A stretch of 64,000 bases of DNA, taken from a virus (Duplodnaviria > Caudoviricetes). The DNA is taken from IMG/VR virus record IMGVR_UViG_3300031996_000005, positions 552-64,551 of that record; one strand, given 5' to 3'. Made by a program: the position numbers and the translations under genes. Position 1 is the first letter of the stretch, and every line of letters starts with the position of its first letter. This document shows, piece after piece, positions 51,989-61,620 of the stretch. The notes beneath the pieces were generated by a model. It saw only the letters and a list, made by a program, of their open reading frames with translations. It was not told where the DNA came from and made no database searches.

Positions 51989-54900
51989 ATGGTTCTGGCC
52001 TCCGTCAGCCGGGTGGCGATGCACCGGGCATTGATCAACTCGGGCAATCTCAGCCTGACGACCCCATTCTCTTGGTCGGTCTATGGCGACACCTTCACGA
52101 TGAGCACGCCGCCGACTGTTCCGAGCGAGACCAGTACCTACTCGGCCGGAACATATGTGCTGCGGTACTCGGCCACCAACTCAGCTGGAACGGGGACGGA
52201 TGACGTCACGATCCTGGTGAGTGAGGCTCCCGCCGGGGTGTCGCCGCTAGTGCGCGTGCAGGCCCTCGGCGGGTGGAACGCCAGTGATGGGACGACGCAT
52301 ACGGCCGTCTCTACCCCCGTTCTTGCCAATGGGGCTGCGCCCGGAAACCTGCTGATTGCTGCCTGGTCTGTCGACCTGGATGCGGGAGTCTTCACGCCTC
52401 CAGCGGGATGGACCGTGCTGGCAAACCGCCCCGCACCATCGGTCTCGCTCCTGGTGTGTGGAAAGATCGCAGCTGGCGGTGAAAAGCAGGCTGGAGCTAG
52501 CTGGACCACACCCCAGGACCAGGCGAACGCGCTTATTGCTGAGTACGCCTTCGTGGAAGAGGGCAATCCCTACGGGCCGAACCAGTTCCCGAGCTACATT
52601 GACGTTCAGTACACCGATCTTTTGCTCGATCCGGCTCCGGCCATCGTCGACGGAATGGCCCTGGCATTCATTGCTGCGGCGAACACGCGAACGGCGCCGA
52701 GCAAGTTCGACCCGGTTGCTCCAGGTTGGACTAGGGTTTTCAACCTGACCGACGTAACGGATACCTCCGCGGGTCTGGCCCTTCTGGAAAAGCGGGTTGT
52801 TGCTGGCGAGAACCTGGTTACGACCTTCGGCTATACGGCTCTTACCCGCCGACAGGGATTCATCCTGCTGCTCAACCAGGAAGGTGCGGGAGCCACGATC
52901 CCTCCGGACCCCACGCCTACACCGGACCCCACGCCTACACCGGCCGGTGTCATCAATGAGACCGGCTCCCTAGCGAGTCTCGTCGCCGAGGCCTACACCA
53001 ACCGCGTCTCGGCTTCTGGCGATGAGGCGTACGACGTTCCCACCACCGCGCAGGCCGCAGCCCTCGCCGGGGCCTTCCAAAAGATTATGAGTGGTGACCT
53101 CGGCGGGGCCGCTTCCGCTGCCGACCCGCTCGGCTACGACGTCGTCCTCTTCTCGGACACCGCCGTTAACCGGCAGCACGCCGTGCTCCGCGAGCGCTTC
53201 CCCGCTTCGCGCTACTGGGGTCTGTACGTGTGGTCTCGCGATGCTGCGAAGACTGGACTGATCGTGGAGGCGCCCCACACCCGGGCGGACGGCAGCACCC
53301 ACACCGAGGGACAGTCGCTGTTCACCAAGAACAACGCGAAGGCGTTCCTCATGGCGACTGCGCATCGCAACTCGAACGCAGCCACCGACGTCGATGGTGA
53401 CCGCGTTTCGGATATGGCCAACGCGGATGGCGTGGTGAACCCCTTCCAAGAGGTTCACAAGGTTGTCGCTCTTGCCGGATCGACAGTCGTCCAGCTCCAT
53501 GGGTATGCCGATTCCTCGAACACCAGCTACGACATCATCATCTCAGAAGGCAAGTCTTCGTCCTCTCAGCGGACGCAGGACATCGCGACGTCCCTGCGTA
53601 ACGCCACCGGCCTCCGCGTCGCTGTCTACGACGGCACCGTCGGTGCGGGCCTTGGGGCCACCGGCAACGTTCAGGGCATCCAGTCTCGGGCAGCGGGGAA
53701 CTACTGGCTGCACGTCGAGCAGAACAACGCGACCCGGACCGACCCGGCTGCTCGGGACAAGATCGAGAACGTGCTGGCCACCCTGACCAGCGCAGCACCC
53801 ACGCCTCCACCCCCGCCGACTCCTACTCCCACGCCTACATCCCCCTGGCCTGCCCTGAAGTGGGCTGCGCCAAGTGGGTATACCGGATACACGGTCAAGA
53901 ACCTCAGTTCGACCACCGCGGTCAACGTTGCCGACGGCGGGGGCGGTGACGTGTGGATCAAGCTGCCCAAGGATAAGGCAGTGGCACCCCTCCGCATCCA
54001 GAACTGCCGGAATGCGGTGTTGATCGGTGGACAGATCAATGCGGAGCCCACGGAGGTTCTCGACGGCCAGGATCAGCGCCTGATTTACATCAAGGACTGC
54101 ACGGGCACAATCCACATCGAGGGTGTCCTGCTGAATGGAAAAGTCAGTGGGGCCACGTCGGATGCCGTTGCCATCAATGCTCCCAACGCCCTGGTTCAGA
54201 TCCAGCGCGTGCGGGCTGAGGCAATGCAGGGAAGCTCCAACAACCACGCCGACGTCATTCAGCCCTGGGGTGGAGTGCGTGAGTTCCGGATGGATTATGT
54301 CACGGGATCTTCGGACTATCAGGGTCTGCACGTGGGTGAGGCCGCCGGAAAGGTGATCGGAAAGGGCACCATCAGCAATACCAACATCTATGCCTCGGGC
54401 ACTCAGGCAGATGGCAAGGCGGGCCACTTGATCTGGCTCAATCCCGGCAAGTATCCAATGACGGTGGAGAACGTTTGGATTAAGCCGAGAACGGGTCGCA
54501 CCTTTGCCAACTCCATCTGGCCGCAGTCGAATGACCCGACCTACCCCGCCAAGATCGTAAATGGGGTTGCGACGTGGCCGTTAATCACGGGCAGTGTGCG
54601 CGAGGGACGGCCGGCTAAGGACTTTGCTCCAATGGATGCCGTCGGCCTGGACTACCTTGCCCCGACGGGTACCACTCCGCCGCCCGATCCCACGCCGACC
54701 GATCCCACGCCTCCGCCGCCGACGGGAACCTCCCCGACCCTGAATAGTCGGGTTGTCGGTTTCCCTGAGATCGGCCAGGGCCGGGTCAAGGTGAACACGA
54801 ACGCGGTTCGAGCTCGCCTGAAGGTTGGTACCGACCCCGGCGTTACGACGAACATTATCTATAGCCCGTACGCCACACCAAACGCTCAGGGTGACGTTCT

Positions 54901-56050
54901 GCTGACCATTCCTCTGCCGTCCAAATATGACGCCGGTGAGTACTTCTACCGAGTCGCCATGGTGAATTCCGGGGGTAGCGAATTCCTCGACACCAAGGTC
55001 ACCGTCGGGCGCCTCCTCACCGCGCCCACGGGCCGTGTGGGACTCACCATGAGCGGGGGTTCCTGCATCAAGGCGACAGACAGTGACAGCGCACTGGCGA
55101 TGGTCAACCGTCAGGACGACATCGGCTTCATGAATGGAGATCTCTGGTACGCCGACGGCAGCGGCACCGACCTCGCGAACTACCGCTCCAAGATGGATGA
55201 CAAACTGCGGGCAACCAACCTCGCAAAGTGGTTCGCCACCACCCCGATGATCTACACGCCATCGGACCATGACTACGCGATGAACAATGATGGCCTAGGG
55301 CCCGGCACGGCCGGTACGAACTGGAATGCGGTATTCCGCGAGAAGTGGCCACACCCGGCTCTGGCGGTGACCGGGACGCTGGGCTGCTACTGGACCCGGC
55401 CGTGGGGCACCGCTATTCGGATCATTGTTCTGGACACGCGCTCCTTTGCCGCGAAGGGGTCTACGAAGCTGGGGTCGACCCAGAAGGCCTGGCTCAAGAA
55501 CGTGATCAGCACGATGACTGAGGATCTCGGAATCGTCATCCAAGACGGCGTCTGGATCGGCCCGACGGATACCACCTCGGATGACTGGCCGAGCGCGATT
55601 GCCGAGCGGAACGAGATTGGTGACCACATCGCCGCGTCGGGTAAAAAGGTCGTGTGGTTCGGCGGGGACGCACACGCCCTAGCTGTGGATAATGGCACCA
55701 ACAGCCGAGGGGGTTTCCCGGTCTACCAGTGCGCCCCCCTGAACAACTCGGCCAGTCAGAAGGGCGGTCCGTACAGTGGTGGACAATATCCGTCCTCCGG
55801 TTCGGCTGTGGTCCAGCAGTACGGCCGACTCGTTGTCACCCTCGGGACAACCACGTTGACGTGCGCTTTTACGGGTTACTCCTCAGATAACACGGTGAGG
55901 AAAACTCTCACGACTACTTTTCCCGCGAAGCCCGCTCCCGTTGGTTCCGTCTCGGGCCCTGGGCGGTTCGTGTGGAACGGTACAAGCCTGGTCCGCCGCG
56001 AAGTTCAGCGATGGAATGGGACGACTCTATCCGGCACCGATCAACAGTAG
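51989..56050 (+). CDS. modular protein: GH46 C-terminal fragment, PKD-like C-half, beta-sandwich, Zn-hydrolase-like, beta-helix, PhoD-like phosphatase
   Basis: SRV..HR..I..GNL.L..P..W..YGD; AGTYVLRYSATN; GSC..GDLWYAD..DHDY..LDTRS..GGDAH; start codon uncertain. Confidence 0.75.
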   Translation: MVLASVSRVAMHRALINSGNLSLTTPFSWSVYGDTFTMSTPPTVPSETSTYSAGTYVLRYSATNSAGTGTDDVTILVSEAPAGVSPLVRVQALGGWNASDGTTHTAVSTPVLANGAAPGNLLIAAWSVDLDAGVFTPPAGWTVLANRPAPSVSLLVCGKIAAGGEKQAGASWTTPQDQANALIAEYAFVEEGNPYGPNQFPSYIDVQYTDLLLDPAPAIVDGMALAFIAAANTRTAPSKFDPVAPGWTRVFNLTDVTDTSAGLALLEKRVVAGENLVTTFGYTALTRRQGFILLLNQEGAGATIPPDPTPTPDPTPTPAGVINETGSLASLVAEAYTNRVSASGDEAYDVPTTAQAAALAGAFQKIMSGDLGGAASAADPLGYDVVLFSDTAVNRQHAVLRERFPASRYWGLYVWSRDAAKTGLIVEAPHTRADGSTHTEGQSLFTKNNAKAFLMATAHRNSNAATDVDGDRVSDMANADGVVNPFQEVHKVVALAGSTVVQLHGYADSSNTSYDIIISEGKSSSSQRTQDIATSLRNATGLRVAVYDGTVGAGLGATGNVQGIQSRAAGNYWLHVEQNNATRTDPAARDKIENVLATLTSAAPTPPPPPTPTPTPTSPWPALKWAAPSGYTGYTVKNLSSTTAVNVADGGGGDVWIKLPKDKAVAPLRIQNCRNAVLIGGQINAEPTEVLDGQDQRLIYIKDCTGTIHIEGVLLNGKVSGATSDAVAINAPNALVQIQRVRAEAMQGSSNNHADVIQPWGGVREFRMDYVTGSSDYQGLHVGEAAGKVIGKGTISNTNIYASGTQADGKAGHLIWLNPGKYPMTVENVWIKPRTGRTFANSIWPQSNDPTYPAKIVNGVATWPLITGSVREGRPAKDFAPMDAVGLDYLAPTGTTPPPDPTPTDPTPPPPTGTSPTLNSRVVGFPEIGQGRVKVNTNAVRARLKVGTDPGVTTNIIYSPYATPNAQGDVLLTIPLPSKYDAGEYFYRVAMVNSGGSEFLDTKVTVGRLLTAPTGRVGLTMSGGSCIKATDSDSALAMVNRQDDIGFMNGDLWYADGSGTDLANYRSKMDDKLRATNLAKWFATTPMIYTPSDHDYAMNNDGLGPGTAGTNWNAVFREKWPHPALAVTGTLGCYWTRPWGTAIRIIVLDTRSFAAKGSTKLGSTQKAWLKNVISTMTEDLGIVIQDGVWIGPTDTTSDDWPSAIAERNEIGDHIAASGKKVVWFGGDAHALAVDNGTNSRGGFPVYQCAPLNNSASQKGGPYSGGQYPSSGSAVVQQYGRLVVTLGTTTLTCAFTGYSSDNTVRKTLTTTFPAKPAPVGSVSGPGRFVWNGTSLVRREVQRWNGTTLSGTDQQ

Positions 56051-56061
56051 AAAGGCATCAC

Positions 56062-57693
56062 ATGCGTACAACCTCGCGCATCGCGGGAATGGGGGTGGTG
56101 GTTGCCCTACTGGCTATGGGGGTTCTGTTCGCCCCTTCGGCCTCCGCGGCCGCTCCAGCCGCCCCGTCGCTCAACTACGACGTCAACCCCGACCGCTCCG
56201 TGGATCTCGTCTGGACCAAGGTGCCTGGCGCCGTCCAGTACCGGGTCTTCGAGGACGTCAACACTCCCACCAACGGTACCGGCGCTGGCGTGGCCACGGT
56301 GACCGACAACAAGTCCCGTCGTGGCCCGCTAGGGCCCGGGAACTTCGGCTACTTCATCAAGGCCATCAACTCGGCTGGCGAACTATCGGTGGCCTCCAAC
56401 CGGGCCGAATTCACCGTGTCCTCGGATCCGGCCTCGCCGGACGTCAGCTCCATTACCTTCGACAAGCCCGCCACGGGTGCGACGGTCAGTGGGACGACCG
56501 TTCAGTTTGACGCAACCTGCGCCGAGCCGTGCTCCCGCATGGAGTACCGGGTCGACGGCCAGGTCGTTGGCTCGGACACCACCACCGCGGACGGCCTCGG
56601 CGAGGCGTGGGACTCCACCACGGTTCCGAACGGCGACTACTACATCCAGGCCGGCGGCACCAGCGCTGCAAGTGGTCAGGTGGAGGTCACGACGCCCCGC
56701 AAGATCACGGTGAACAACACCGCGGCGACCCCCACTCCTACTCCCACTCCTACTCCTACGCCAACGCCGTCGCCGACTCCTACTCCTACTCCTACCCCTA
56801 CTCCTACCCCGACGCCGAGCCCCACTCCGACACCGACGCCTAGCGGCTCGAAGCTGAGTTGGGCGCCGCCGACCGGGTACGCCAACTTCCCCGCCAAGAA
56901 CGTCACTTCGGCTGGCTTCACTAGCGTCAGCGGCGGTGGCGGGGACGTGCGGATCGTGCTCCCTAAGGACAAGTCGGTTGGTCCCATCCAGATCAGCTCC
57001 TGCCGCAACGTCGTCCTCATCGGTGGCAAGATCAAGGTGCTGGCGTCCGAGACGGCCAACGGTGCCGACCAGCGGGCCGTCTACATCAAGGGCTGCACCG
57101 GCACCGTGCACATCGAGGGACTGGAGATCGATGGCAATGTCTCCGGGTCCACCGCTGACGCCTTCGCAGTCAGCGCTCCTTCCGCCACCGTGCAGGTCGA
57201 GAACGTGCGCGCCATTGGCATGAAGGGCTCGTCGAACAACCACGCTGACTGCTTCCAGCCGTGGGGCGGTGCCAAGGCCTACCGGATCGACCGATTCACC
57301 TGCTCGACGAACTACCAGGGGCTGCACGTCGGTGAGGACCTGGGCCAGATCGGTTCCGGCGATATCCGCAACACGAACATCTTCTCCTCGGGTACCCAGT
57401 CGGATGGCAAGGGCGGGCAGTACATCTGGCTGCCGTCCTCCAACGATTACCCGGTGAAGCTGAGCAACGTGTACATCTCCGGCCGCACCGGTGACTCGTT
57501 CAGCCGTTCCATCTGGCCGAGCACCGACAATTCGAGCTGCAAGGCGTCGATCTCCGGTTCCCCGGCGGTCGCCACGTGGCCCGGTTGCTCGTGGATCACC
57601 GGCAAGGTCACCCAGGGCAAGCCCTCCTCCGGTGACTTCGTCCCCGCGGGTTCGGTCGGCCTCACCTATGCCTCCCCGGGCTACGGTGCGTGA
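56062..57693 (+). CDS. secreted protein: signal peptide, FN3, Ig-like, Pro-Thr linker, beta-helix
   Basis: MRTTSRIAGMGVVVALLAMGVLFAPSASA-A; GAAAGG RBS; beta-helix paralogous to the 53850-54660 region. Confidence 0.8.
   Translation: MRTTSRIAGMGVVVALLAMGVLFAPSASAAAPAAPSLNYDVNPDRSVDLVWTKVPGAVQYRVFEDVNTPTNGTGAGVATVTDNKSRRGPLGPGNFGYFIKAINSAGELSVASNRAEFTVSSDPASPDVSSITFDKPATGATVSGTTVQFDATCAEPCSRMEYRVDGQVVGSDTTTADGLGEAWDSTTVPNGDYYIQAGGTSAASGQVEVTTPRKITVNNTAATPTPTPTPTPTPTPSPTPTPTPTPTPTPTPSPTPTPTPSGSKLSWAPPTGYANFPAKNVTSAGFTSVSGGGGDVRIVLPKDKSVGPIQISSCRNVVLIGGKIKVLASETANGADQRAVYIKGCTGTVHIEGLEIDGNVSGSTADAFAVSAPSATVQVENVRAIGMKGSSNNHADCFQPWGGAKAYRIDRFTCSTNYQGLHVGEDLGQIGSGDIRNTNIFSSGTQSDGKGGQYIWLPSSNDYPVKLSNVYISGRTGDSFSRSIWPSTDNSSCKASISGSPAVATWPGCSWITGKVTQGKPSSGDFVPAGSVGLTYASPGYGA
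56726..56840 (+). repeat. Pro-Thr linker, degenerate hexanucleotide tandem repeat
   Basis: (ACTCCT)n-like, encodes TPTPTPTPTPTPSPTPTP... Confidence 0.85.
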
Positions 57694-57755
57694 CACCACC
57701 ATTTAGCAGAACGTGGTTCTGTACCGTGGTGATCTCACAGCAGTGAACTGACGGG

Positions 57756-59141
57756 GTGAAGTGGATGGCCAAGGTCTTTCGAAAAGATCTGTACTACGAG
57801 AAGACTGGGTACAGTCCACACGAAGGGCAGAAGGCCATTCACTTCACCCCCGTCCGGTTCAAAGTTCTTTCGAACGGACGACGCTGGGGCAAGACGATGC
57901 TCGGCGCCAAGGAGATCGAGCCGAACGCGTTCGTTCCCTCACGCCACATCAACGGGGGCCCGCAGACGGGCTGGATCGTGGGTCCCAACTACCAGGATGC
58001 GGAGAAGGAATACCGCATCATCTACGACCAGTTCCGCAAGCTTGGGATCGACAAGGACGCGCTCAAGTTCGTGAACAACCCGGACAACGGGTCCATGCAC
58101 CTAAAGACGTCCTGGGGATTCGACCTGCAATGCAAGTCGGCCTCAAAGCCCGAGACCCTGGTCGGTGAAGGTCTCGACTTCGTCCTCATGGTCGAGGCCG
58201 GCCGTCATCGTCGCCGTACGTGGGGTCAGTACATCCGCCCCACTCTGTCCGATAAGCGCGGCTGGGCGATGTTCTCCGGCGTTCCTGAGGGCGCCAGCGA
58301 GCACTCTTTGCTGTACGCGCTGTGGCAGCGAGGACAGTCCACACGAGCTCCTCAGTGGCAGTCCTGGCGCATGCCGTCGTGGACGAACACGATCGTCTTT
58401 CCCGGGGGCCGGAATGACCCGGAAATCCTGGATGCCGAAGACGACCTCACCGAGGACGAGTTTCGTCGACAGTACGGTGCGGAGTTCGTTGAGCACGCTG
58501 GCGCTGTTATGTCCGAGTGGGATGACGAGATCCACCTAAGGGATCTAGACTACAATCCGGAATGGCCGCTTTACGGCGCGGTCGACTACGGGTTCACGAA
58601 CCCTTTTGTATGGTTGTGGATTCAACTTGATCACTGGGGCAATGTCTATGTCATCCGCGAGCATCGCTGGGAACGGAAAGACACGCTTGAGATCGCCCAG
58701 GAGATGATGGCCCAGCAGGGGGACCTCGTCCGCAACGCGGTCGCGTTTTACCCGGACCCGGCCGAGCCGGACGACTCGCTCACACTGGAGCGACACCTTC
58801 GCATACCATCACGTAAGAACACCGGCGGAGAGCTCAAGACTAGGCTGTCGTTGATTCGTACCGCTCTCAAGGAAACGAACACGCACCTTCCCTACGGGCA
58901 CGTTGACCGACAGCCTCGGCTTTTTGTTGATCGCTCGTGTAAGACTCTCGCGTGGGAAATGCGCGAGGGGTATCGGTGGCCCGAACATCGATCCGAGGTG
59001 AAGTCTGACTCCGAGCACCCGCTCGACAAGGACAACCACGGGACGGAAGCCCTGGGCCGATTTTTCCGGGGCTACTTCGGAATGCCTGGTCAGGACATGA
59101 AACCCGCGCGGTCACGCGTTCGGGCCGCGAGGATGGGGTGA
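57756..59141 (+). CDS. terminase large subunit
   Basis: GRRWGKT Walker A, LVGEGLD, VDYGFTNP, DKDNH..EALG nuclease motifs. Confidence 0.93.
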   Translation: MKWMAKVFRKDLYYEKTGYSPHEGQKAIHFTPVRFKVLSNGRRWGKTMLGAKEIEPNAFVPSRHINGGPQTGWIVGPNYQDAEKEYRIIYDQFRKLGIDKDALKFVNNPDNGSMHLKTSWGFDLQCKSASKPETLVGEGLDFVLMVEAGRHRRRTWGQYIRPTLSDKRGWAMFSGVPEGASEHSLLYALWQRGQSTRAPQWQSWRMPSWTNTIVFPGGRNDPEILDAEDDLTEDEFRRQYGAEFVEHAGAVMSEWDDEIHLRDLDYNPEWPLYGAVDYGFTNPFVWLWIQLDHWGNVYVIREHRWERKDTLEIAQEMMAQQGDLVRNAVAFYPDPAEPDDSLTLERHLRIPSRKNTGGELKTRLSLIRTALKETNTHLPYGHVDRQPRLFVDRSCKTLAWEMREGYRWPEHRSEVKSDSEHPLDKDNHGTEALGRFFRGYFGMPGQDMKPARSRVRAARMG

Positions 59142-59142
59142 G

Positions 59143-60642
59143 ATGACTAGTCCGGGCGTATTCACCCCGTACAGCACTATCCGGAACCTGATGGGCACGC
59201 TGCCCACGTGGATTCCAGACCCGCTCGACCAGGAACGCATTATGTCGTATCAGGTCTATGAGCAGATCTACTGGGGTGTTCCCGAGACGTTCAAGCTTGT
59301 TGCTCGGGGCTCCGAGGACAGGCCGATCTATGTGCCGACCGGGCGCATCATCGTGGACACCACACACCGCTACGCGGCTGCGGGGTTCGACTTCGCGGTG
59401 GATCTGCGCTCGGGGGGCGACTCCTCGGCCTCGTCGGACGCCCAGGCCGTCACGCTGGCGATTGAGGACCTGTTCACCCGGGAGCGGTTCAAATCCAAGT
59501 TCAACGGCAACAAGCGCTTCGGCCTGATACGCGGTGACTGGTGCTGGCACATCATCGCCAACCCGTCCAAGCCCCAGGGTTCGCGCATCTCCATCTACCC
59601 ACTCGACCCGGCGTCGTACTTCCCGATCTGGGACGAGGATGACCTCGATCGCATTCTCGGCTGTCACATCGTGGACACGGTGACCGATGAGAACGACGAC
59701 GTCTTCATCAAGCGGCTTACCTACCGTAAGAAGGAAGACGGGCCCGGCGTCACGGTTGAGGAGGCGCTCTTCGAGGTCGATGACTGGGGCGGCCCGAAGT
59801 CACGTCCGAAGAAGATCATTCGACCGGTCGAGGACCTGCCTCCGCAGATTACTGCGCTGCCGGTGTACCACATCAAGAACTTCGAAGAGCCGGCCAACCC
59901 CTTTGGGTCCTCGGAGCTGCGCGGGCTGGAGCGGATTATCGGGGCGGTTAACCAGACCATCTCCGATGAAGAGCTCACGCTCGCGCTGATGGGTCTCGGG
60001 GTTTACGCCACCGACGCTCCGCCTCCAACTAATGATGATGGTGAAGAGGTGCCCTGGGAGCTTGGCCCGGGCCGTGTGGTCGAGCATCCCGCCGGCTCGC
60101 GCTTCGAAAAGATTACCGGCGTCGGATCGGTGCAGCCCAGTCAGGATCACATCGCCTTCCTGCTGCGGATGATGAATGAGGCAGCCGGCGTGCCCGACGT
60201 CGCTCGTGGCAAGGTCGACGTTTCGGTTGCCGAGTCCGGTATCTCGCTCATGCTGCAGATGGCGCCCATGCTTGCCAAGGTCGAGGAAAAGGATCAGCTG
60301 ATCCTCGACACGCATGATCAAATGTTCTTCGATCTCGTTCGGGGTTGGTTCCCGGCATATGAGGCCACCAACTTCGGCGAAGACGTGCGTGTCCGCGGCC
60401 GTGTGGGCGAGAAGCTGCCGCTGAACCGTGCGGCCAAGCTCGCCGAACTGCACGAGATGCTGGCGGCCAAGGTCATTTCGGTTCAGTTCTTCCGAGCCGA
60501 GGCAACCAAGTTGGGATACCAATTCCCGACTAACATGGATGCCGACATCATCGCCAGCACTCGGGCGATCACTGAGGCATCTGTCGATCCGCTCGGATCT
60601 CGCATGTCCGAGGAGCAAGACGTCAACTCTCCGGATGAGTAA
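59143..60642 (+). CDS. portal protein
   Basis: 499 aa after TerL; FGSSELRG, AESGISL motifs. Confidence 0.88.
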   Translation: MTSPGVFTPYSTIRNLMGTLPTWIPDPLDQERIMSYQVYEQIYWGVPETFKLVARGSEDRPIYVPTGRIIVDTTHRYAAAGFDFAVDLRSGGDSSASSDAQAVTLAIEDLFTRERFKSKFNGNKRFGLIRGDWCWHIIANPSKPQGSRISIYPLDPASYFPIWDEDDLDRILGCHIVDTVTDENDDVFIKRLTYRKKEDGPGVTVEEALFEVDDWGGPKSRPKKIIRPVEDLPPQITALPVYHIKNFEEPANPFGSSELRGLERIIGAVNQTISDEELTLALMGLGVYATDAPPPTNDDGEEVPWELGPGRVVEHPAGSRFEKITGVGSVQPSQDHIAFLLRMMNEAAGVPDVARGKVDVSVAESGISLMLQMAPMLAKVEEKDQLILDTHDQMFFDLVRGWFPAYEATNFGEDVRVRGRVGEKLPLNRAAKLAELHEMLAAKVISVQFFRAEATKLGYQFPTNMDADIIASTRAITEASVDPLGSRMSEEQDVNSPDE

Positions 60643-60645
60643 TCG

Positions 60646-61536
60646 GTGCCCCCAAGCCAACGCCAGCCGCTGATTGAGTATCTCGGGGTGCAGCGGCAGG
60701 CCGATGCCGAGCTCAATCGCGTGCTGGCTCAGGCTGCGCGAGACGCCGAGCAGCGGGTCCTTGCCCTGGAGCTCGCCCCCCCGGGGATTGGTAACCGGGT
60801 TCGTCAGGCGCAGCTGCTCCAGGTCATCGCAGCCATTCGAGAGCTGCAGGAGCAGCTCTGGCTGCAGGGCATCGGCCCACTGATCGTGCGTCGGCTGGCA
60901 GCTGCCCAGCGCGCGGCAATGCGTGCCGCGGAGTTCATGGATGACGTGCTGTTCGCAGCCCTCCCCCGCCAGCAGGCTGAACTGCTACGTGATGCCGCTC
61001 GCCAGATGGCGAACTCGGGGCTAGTGACCGAAGCCCATCGTCGGGAAGTGAACCTGTCGGCCCGAGTGTGGCGGAATGCCTCGCTGTCCTCCGGAGCGCT
61101 CGAACGGGCCATCCGCGCCGGCATCATTCAGGGACTCTCCGCGCGCGAGCTCGCCGGCACTGTCCGGAGCATGGTGAACCCCTCCACACCGGGAGGTGTG
61201 TCCTATGCGGCTATGAGGCTGGCTCGCACCGAGTTGAACAACGCGTTTCACGAGCGTCAGATCGCGGTGGCGCGAAACAAACCGTGGGTTGTCGGCGTGC
61301 AATGGAACCTCTCCAAGTCTCACCCCAAGAAAGATAAGTGCGACGAGTACGCAACCGAGAACGCGCATGACCTAGGCCGGGGTGTATTCCCCACTGGTGG
61401 TGTACCTTTTAAGCCACATCCCCATTGCCTGTGCTATATGACGTATGAGATGCAGTCCGAGGATGACTTTGTGGCGGATCTCAGACAGTACATTCGCACC
61501 GGCCGACAACTTCCCTCCGAGCGAGGGACTGCTTGA
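60646..61536 (+). CDS. MuF-like minor capsid protein
   Basis: RLARTE..A....W...H...D.CD...P.HPHCLC. Confidence 0.85.
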   Translation: MPPSQRQPLIEYLGVQRQADAELNRVLAQAARDAEQRVLALELAPPGIGNRVRQAQLLQVIAAIRELQEQLWLQGIGPLIVRRLAAAQRAAMRAAEFMDDVLFAALPRQQAELLRDAARQMANSGLVTEAHRREVNLSARVWRNASLSSGALERAIRAGIIQGLSARELAGTVRSMVNPSTPGGVSYAAMRLARTELNNAFHERQIAVARNKPWVVGVQWNLSKSHPKKDKCDEYATENAHDLGRGVFPTGGVPFKPHPHCLCYMTYEMQSEDDFVADLRQYIRTGRQLPSERGTA

Positions 61537-61620
61537 CCCACACCGGGACCGTGCGCCCATCGTGTGGTTGCTAGATCGGGTCGTACAGAGCGACGCCCGC
61601 ATAACACCGGAGGACCGACC

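Noticed and set aside
50905-52006. Insert as a group I/II intron or intein
   Set aside because: It encodes Ig and lyase domains, not a homing endonuclease or RT; no intein terminal motifs or intron core were recognised by eye. Not formally excluded.
56383-57702. 439-aa minus-strand ORF, and similar ones such as 29515-30498 and 60646-region shadows
   Set aside because: They overlap well-supported plus-strand genes and have no recognisable motifs or RBS.
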